Assembly (NCBI GenBank): GCA_030390025.1
Contig: CM059429.1
Span: forward strand, 145,080,001 to 145,144,000
DNA from: Squalus acanthias
Lineage: Eukaryota
Reading direction: 5' to 3'
DNA length: 64,000 bases
Below the pieces are notes generated by a model. The model did no database searches. It saw only the letters and a program-made list of their open reading frames with translations, and was not told where the DNA came from. The translations under genes were made by a program, and so were the position numbers. Positions within the stretch are counted from its first letter, which is position 1, and every line of letters starts with the position of its first letter. Positions 60,944 to 64,000 of this stretch are shown here, in pieces.

Positions 60944-61237
60944 CTTGCATTTTCCAGGACGCAGTCCATGATTGTTGCAACCGTTCATTCTTAATATTAC
61001 ATTTGTAGGTTGTGTTTAACGTTTGATTAATCTTCAAAATGCTTGTAATGCGGTATAGTCCTTTTGGATCAGTAGAATCTTTTGACTTTGAGGCAATAGT
61101 TAGGTTACTCCCGTTCTCATCTTGCCATAGTAATGATGGCTTTGGATAAGCACCAGATACAGAACAGGTAATATTTACCACCTCAGTCACAGCAGACAGC
61201 ATATTCGGGGGATATAGTGTCATATCCTTACAGACAG
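60944..61237 (-). CDS. HHLA2: HHLA2/B7-H7 IgC-domain exon
   Basis: ccag| and G|gtaat; phase 1-1, 294 nt. Motifs ITCSVSGAYPKPSLLW and YKCNIKNERLQQSWTASWKMQ resemble human HHLA2 LICSVLSVYPRPIITW and YECTIENSLLKQTWTGRWTMK. Adjacency to CIP2A fits the human locus. Confidence 0.85.
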
Positions 61238-62457
61238 CTGGAAGGAAATAATAAGCCATTGATTCCTTATTTAGTCAGCTTAGCTGCTTAAAATCAATAC
61301 TATTCACCTTTACACATACTAATGGCAATAAAAATCGGGAGAGATGTAAAACGGGCTGCCGATTCACTATCACCCGTTTTACACTATGGCACAAAGTCAA
61401 CATCACCCCCACTTCTTATGGTGCCTTTAATGTAAAAAAAAACCACGTGCTTTACAGGTGTATGTATGGATAACAGAAACTGAGTTAAAAGAAGAGATTA
61501 GGAGGGATAACCCAAAGTTTGGTCAAAGCGATGAATTCCGGGGAGGGGCGGGGTTTAAAGGAAGACAGAGAGGTGGTGAGATTTAAGGAGGGAGAGTAAA
61601 AGTTACTCAACTTTTATTTCAATGTTTGCCATTATATAATGAAAGAACATGGGGTATAACTAAATACAAGAAAAATAGAACAAGTTGTGATTCAATGAAG
61701 GCTAGGTATTTGTCTGAAATGTCTGCAAGTTCTATGCAGAATTCCAACAATGCAGAATATCTCTGAGTCATCATTATATTCTGGTAATGATTCAGAGTTT
61801 AGTTTGCCTTACCAGTGAATTACCGTGTGCAGATTGGTAAGTAATATGACCAGGAACACAAGTGGTTATTCATTTGGGAAGCATACTCAGGATTTGTTAG
61901 ACAATCAAATTAACTAAATAGAAAGTGTAGGTGTGATTTATTTGATTTTAAGCTAGGCATTATTTTGATGAAATCAGGTTTTGCGATTAATATGTACAAT
62001 ACTGCTATGTCACTGTACTCTACCTCAAAAATGACCTTCAACCTTTCTACACAATAGCCTGCGGTTTGGTGCCACATATGCCTCATATTTATCCTTCTTC
62101 CTATCTTGGATGCAAAGTAATTAAGTGTATTTCTGAGGCATGACACCACAGCTTCATACTTTCAGTCAGCTCCGAACCTGGAATGCTCAATTGTTTGTGA
62201 AAATATAGATTTTTTTGTGTCCTTTACCAGCATCATGTGAGGACACTAAAATCGTCCACAATCTCTCCCCTTCCTACCTCTGTAACCTCCTCCAGCCCTG
62301 CTGGCATCCACCACTCTTCTCACTCTATTCTCTTATGTGTTCTAATATTGTTTGGCTTAGTCATCACCCACCTCGCTCCCACACTCTGAAATTCTGCTCC
62401 AAACCCCTCCACATTGCTGCATCCCTGCCAATCTTCAAAAGCCTCCTTAAAATCTAT

Positions 62458-62601
62458 CGCCAGGAATTTCCTCTGGGGTTCTCTTGATCGGCTGCTGGAA
62501 GATTGGTGGAAATCCCGGATACGCCATGTAAACAGGGTTCTGCTGATCTCCCGCCTAAGTTACGGCACCCAATCAGGAGAACCCTTGAGGAAATTTCCAG
62601 C
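62458..62601. mobile_element. Short palindromic MITE
   Basis: ggaatttcctctggggttctc ... gagaacccttgaggaaatttcc. Confidence 0.6.
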
Positions 62602-64000
62602 ATATCTCCATGACCACCACGTTAACTCCTCCCCCTCTACAAACTGTGAAGCCCGTTAGCAAGTTTATGATACATTAATGGTACCGTGTAAATATAAGTT
62701 ATTGTGAGGTCTTATGGTGCTACTTTAATGAAGACACCTAAAATAGAAAACAAACCACATCCTGTCAAGACACTTCATTAACTTTTAGTGAAATTCATCT
62801 AATCAAGGAGTTCAGTGGAATTATTGTGCCATGCTGTATCCTCCATATTTCAGATCAGGCTTGTTCAGTTAGGCTATCTTGTTACTTAGAAACATTCTGG
62901 AAAGTACTGTAATGTTTTGTAATAATTTAATGGCTTATGATCGTAATGGGAAGGAGTCGTACTCCTAAGATTAGTGGAAATGTTAATATTTGTGTAACTG
63001 TGTCTTTTAAATGTGAAATGTGATTTACGTACTTATTGTCTAAGAGTAATATTACTTTAGACTATTTCTCCTTTCAGGACTCAGTAGTTTGTCTATCTTT
63101 TTATCCGTAACCATGTTGGTTAACTCCAGAAATAGTTAAAAGAAATAATACAACCCTGGCTCAAATAAATTATCCTAGGGCCTGGCTTTGTAAAAATCTG
63201 AATAATAGGGACATGCAGAGATAAGATTTGGGGCGGGACTTAGTTATGCAAGGTTCCTGGCACTTTTTCTTCCTGCCAAAAATTCCACTGGAAGTGAGGG
63301 CAATTGTATAATATATCTGCCCACAACTAGGCGGTCATATTATGATGACGAGCAAATGAGGGAAATATGCAATATTTCTTGACATTTGCACCCCAGGAAT
63401 ACTGGAAGCAAGGGATGCCTGTGTGCCTCTGGCATCCAGCATTGAAAACAACCTTCGTGTGATTTAAAATACTGTCTTCAGCAATGCAATCAATCGCAGA
63501 GTGAACGACTGCATTACAGAAATCATCAGCAAAGTCAAATAGCCAGTTACATTTTTTTTTTCACTGTTTCCCCAGCACCACAGGGCCCATTTACACTGCA
63601 ACATGGTGCTGCAGCAAAATTGTTTCTCCACCCCTGCCCTGGGTGGGCAACCAGCTAGAAAATGTAAATGCTTCTGACTCTGGGATATGGGGTGGACAAA
63701 AAGTCCTGCCCTGCCCAAGATCCACCTCTAAAAGGTATCCTAAGGAATTTCTGGGCCTTTTTCTTTGCAAAACTTTTCTCATAAACAAATGTCAAATGAA
63801 TTGAAACTTTCCTTCAATAAGATAGCCTGCAAAGGACAGTAGAAATGGAGGATTTGCAGTGAGGAAACTCAAACGAAACATCCTGTCAAGATGTGACAAA
63901 GTCGGTGTGACAAAGTCAGTTGATTCATCAGGACTTCAGCATCAGTTCCAATTCACTTACTGCCCTGGCTGAATATCAAATGCCCACACTCTCCATCATG

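Noticed and set aside
63954-64000. Minus-strand gtaagt donor as the end of the first HHLA2 IgV exon
   Set aside because: None of the three frames resembles an IgV C-terminus, and the sequence is cut by the window edge.

Overview
Eukaryotic, intron-rich vertebrate DNA. The repeat content (CR1 and L2 LINEs, Deu-domain SINEs, Penelope-type elements, Harbinger MITEs) is typical of a cartilaginous fish (shark); the organism is inferred. Two convergent genes are present. (1) The 3' 13 coding exons of CIP2A/KIAA1524 lie on + (1394-31356) and include one clear AT-AC minor-spliceosome (U12) intron at 4629-6111. (2) The 3' part of a B7-family immune checkpoint ligand, HHLA2/B7-H7, lies on -: IgC exon, second IgV exon, transmembrane exon and several candidate tail exons. 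No MYH15 gene lies between them, unlike my recollection of the human locus. The rest is transposable elements: a nearly intact CR1 LINE, decayed two-gene PIF/Harbinger transposons, nested MITEs, and two SINE/LINE partner pairs. Penelope-type elements carry at least five minimal hammerhead-ribozyme motifs. Two perfect copies lie in sense in HHLA2 introns on either side of the second IgV exon, each next to an antisense copy. Protein identifications rest on remembered human sequences; no database searches were run.
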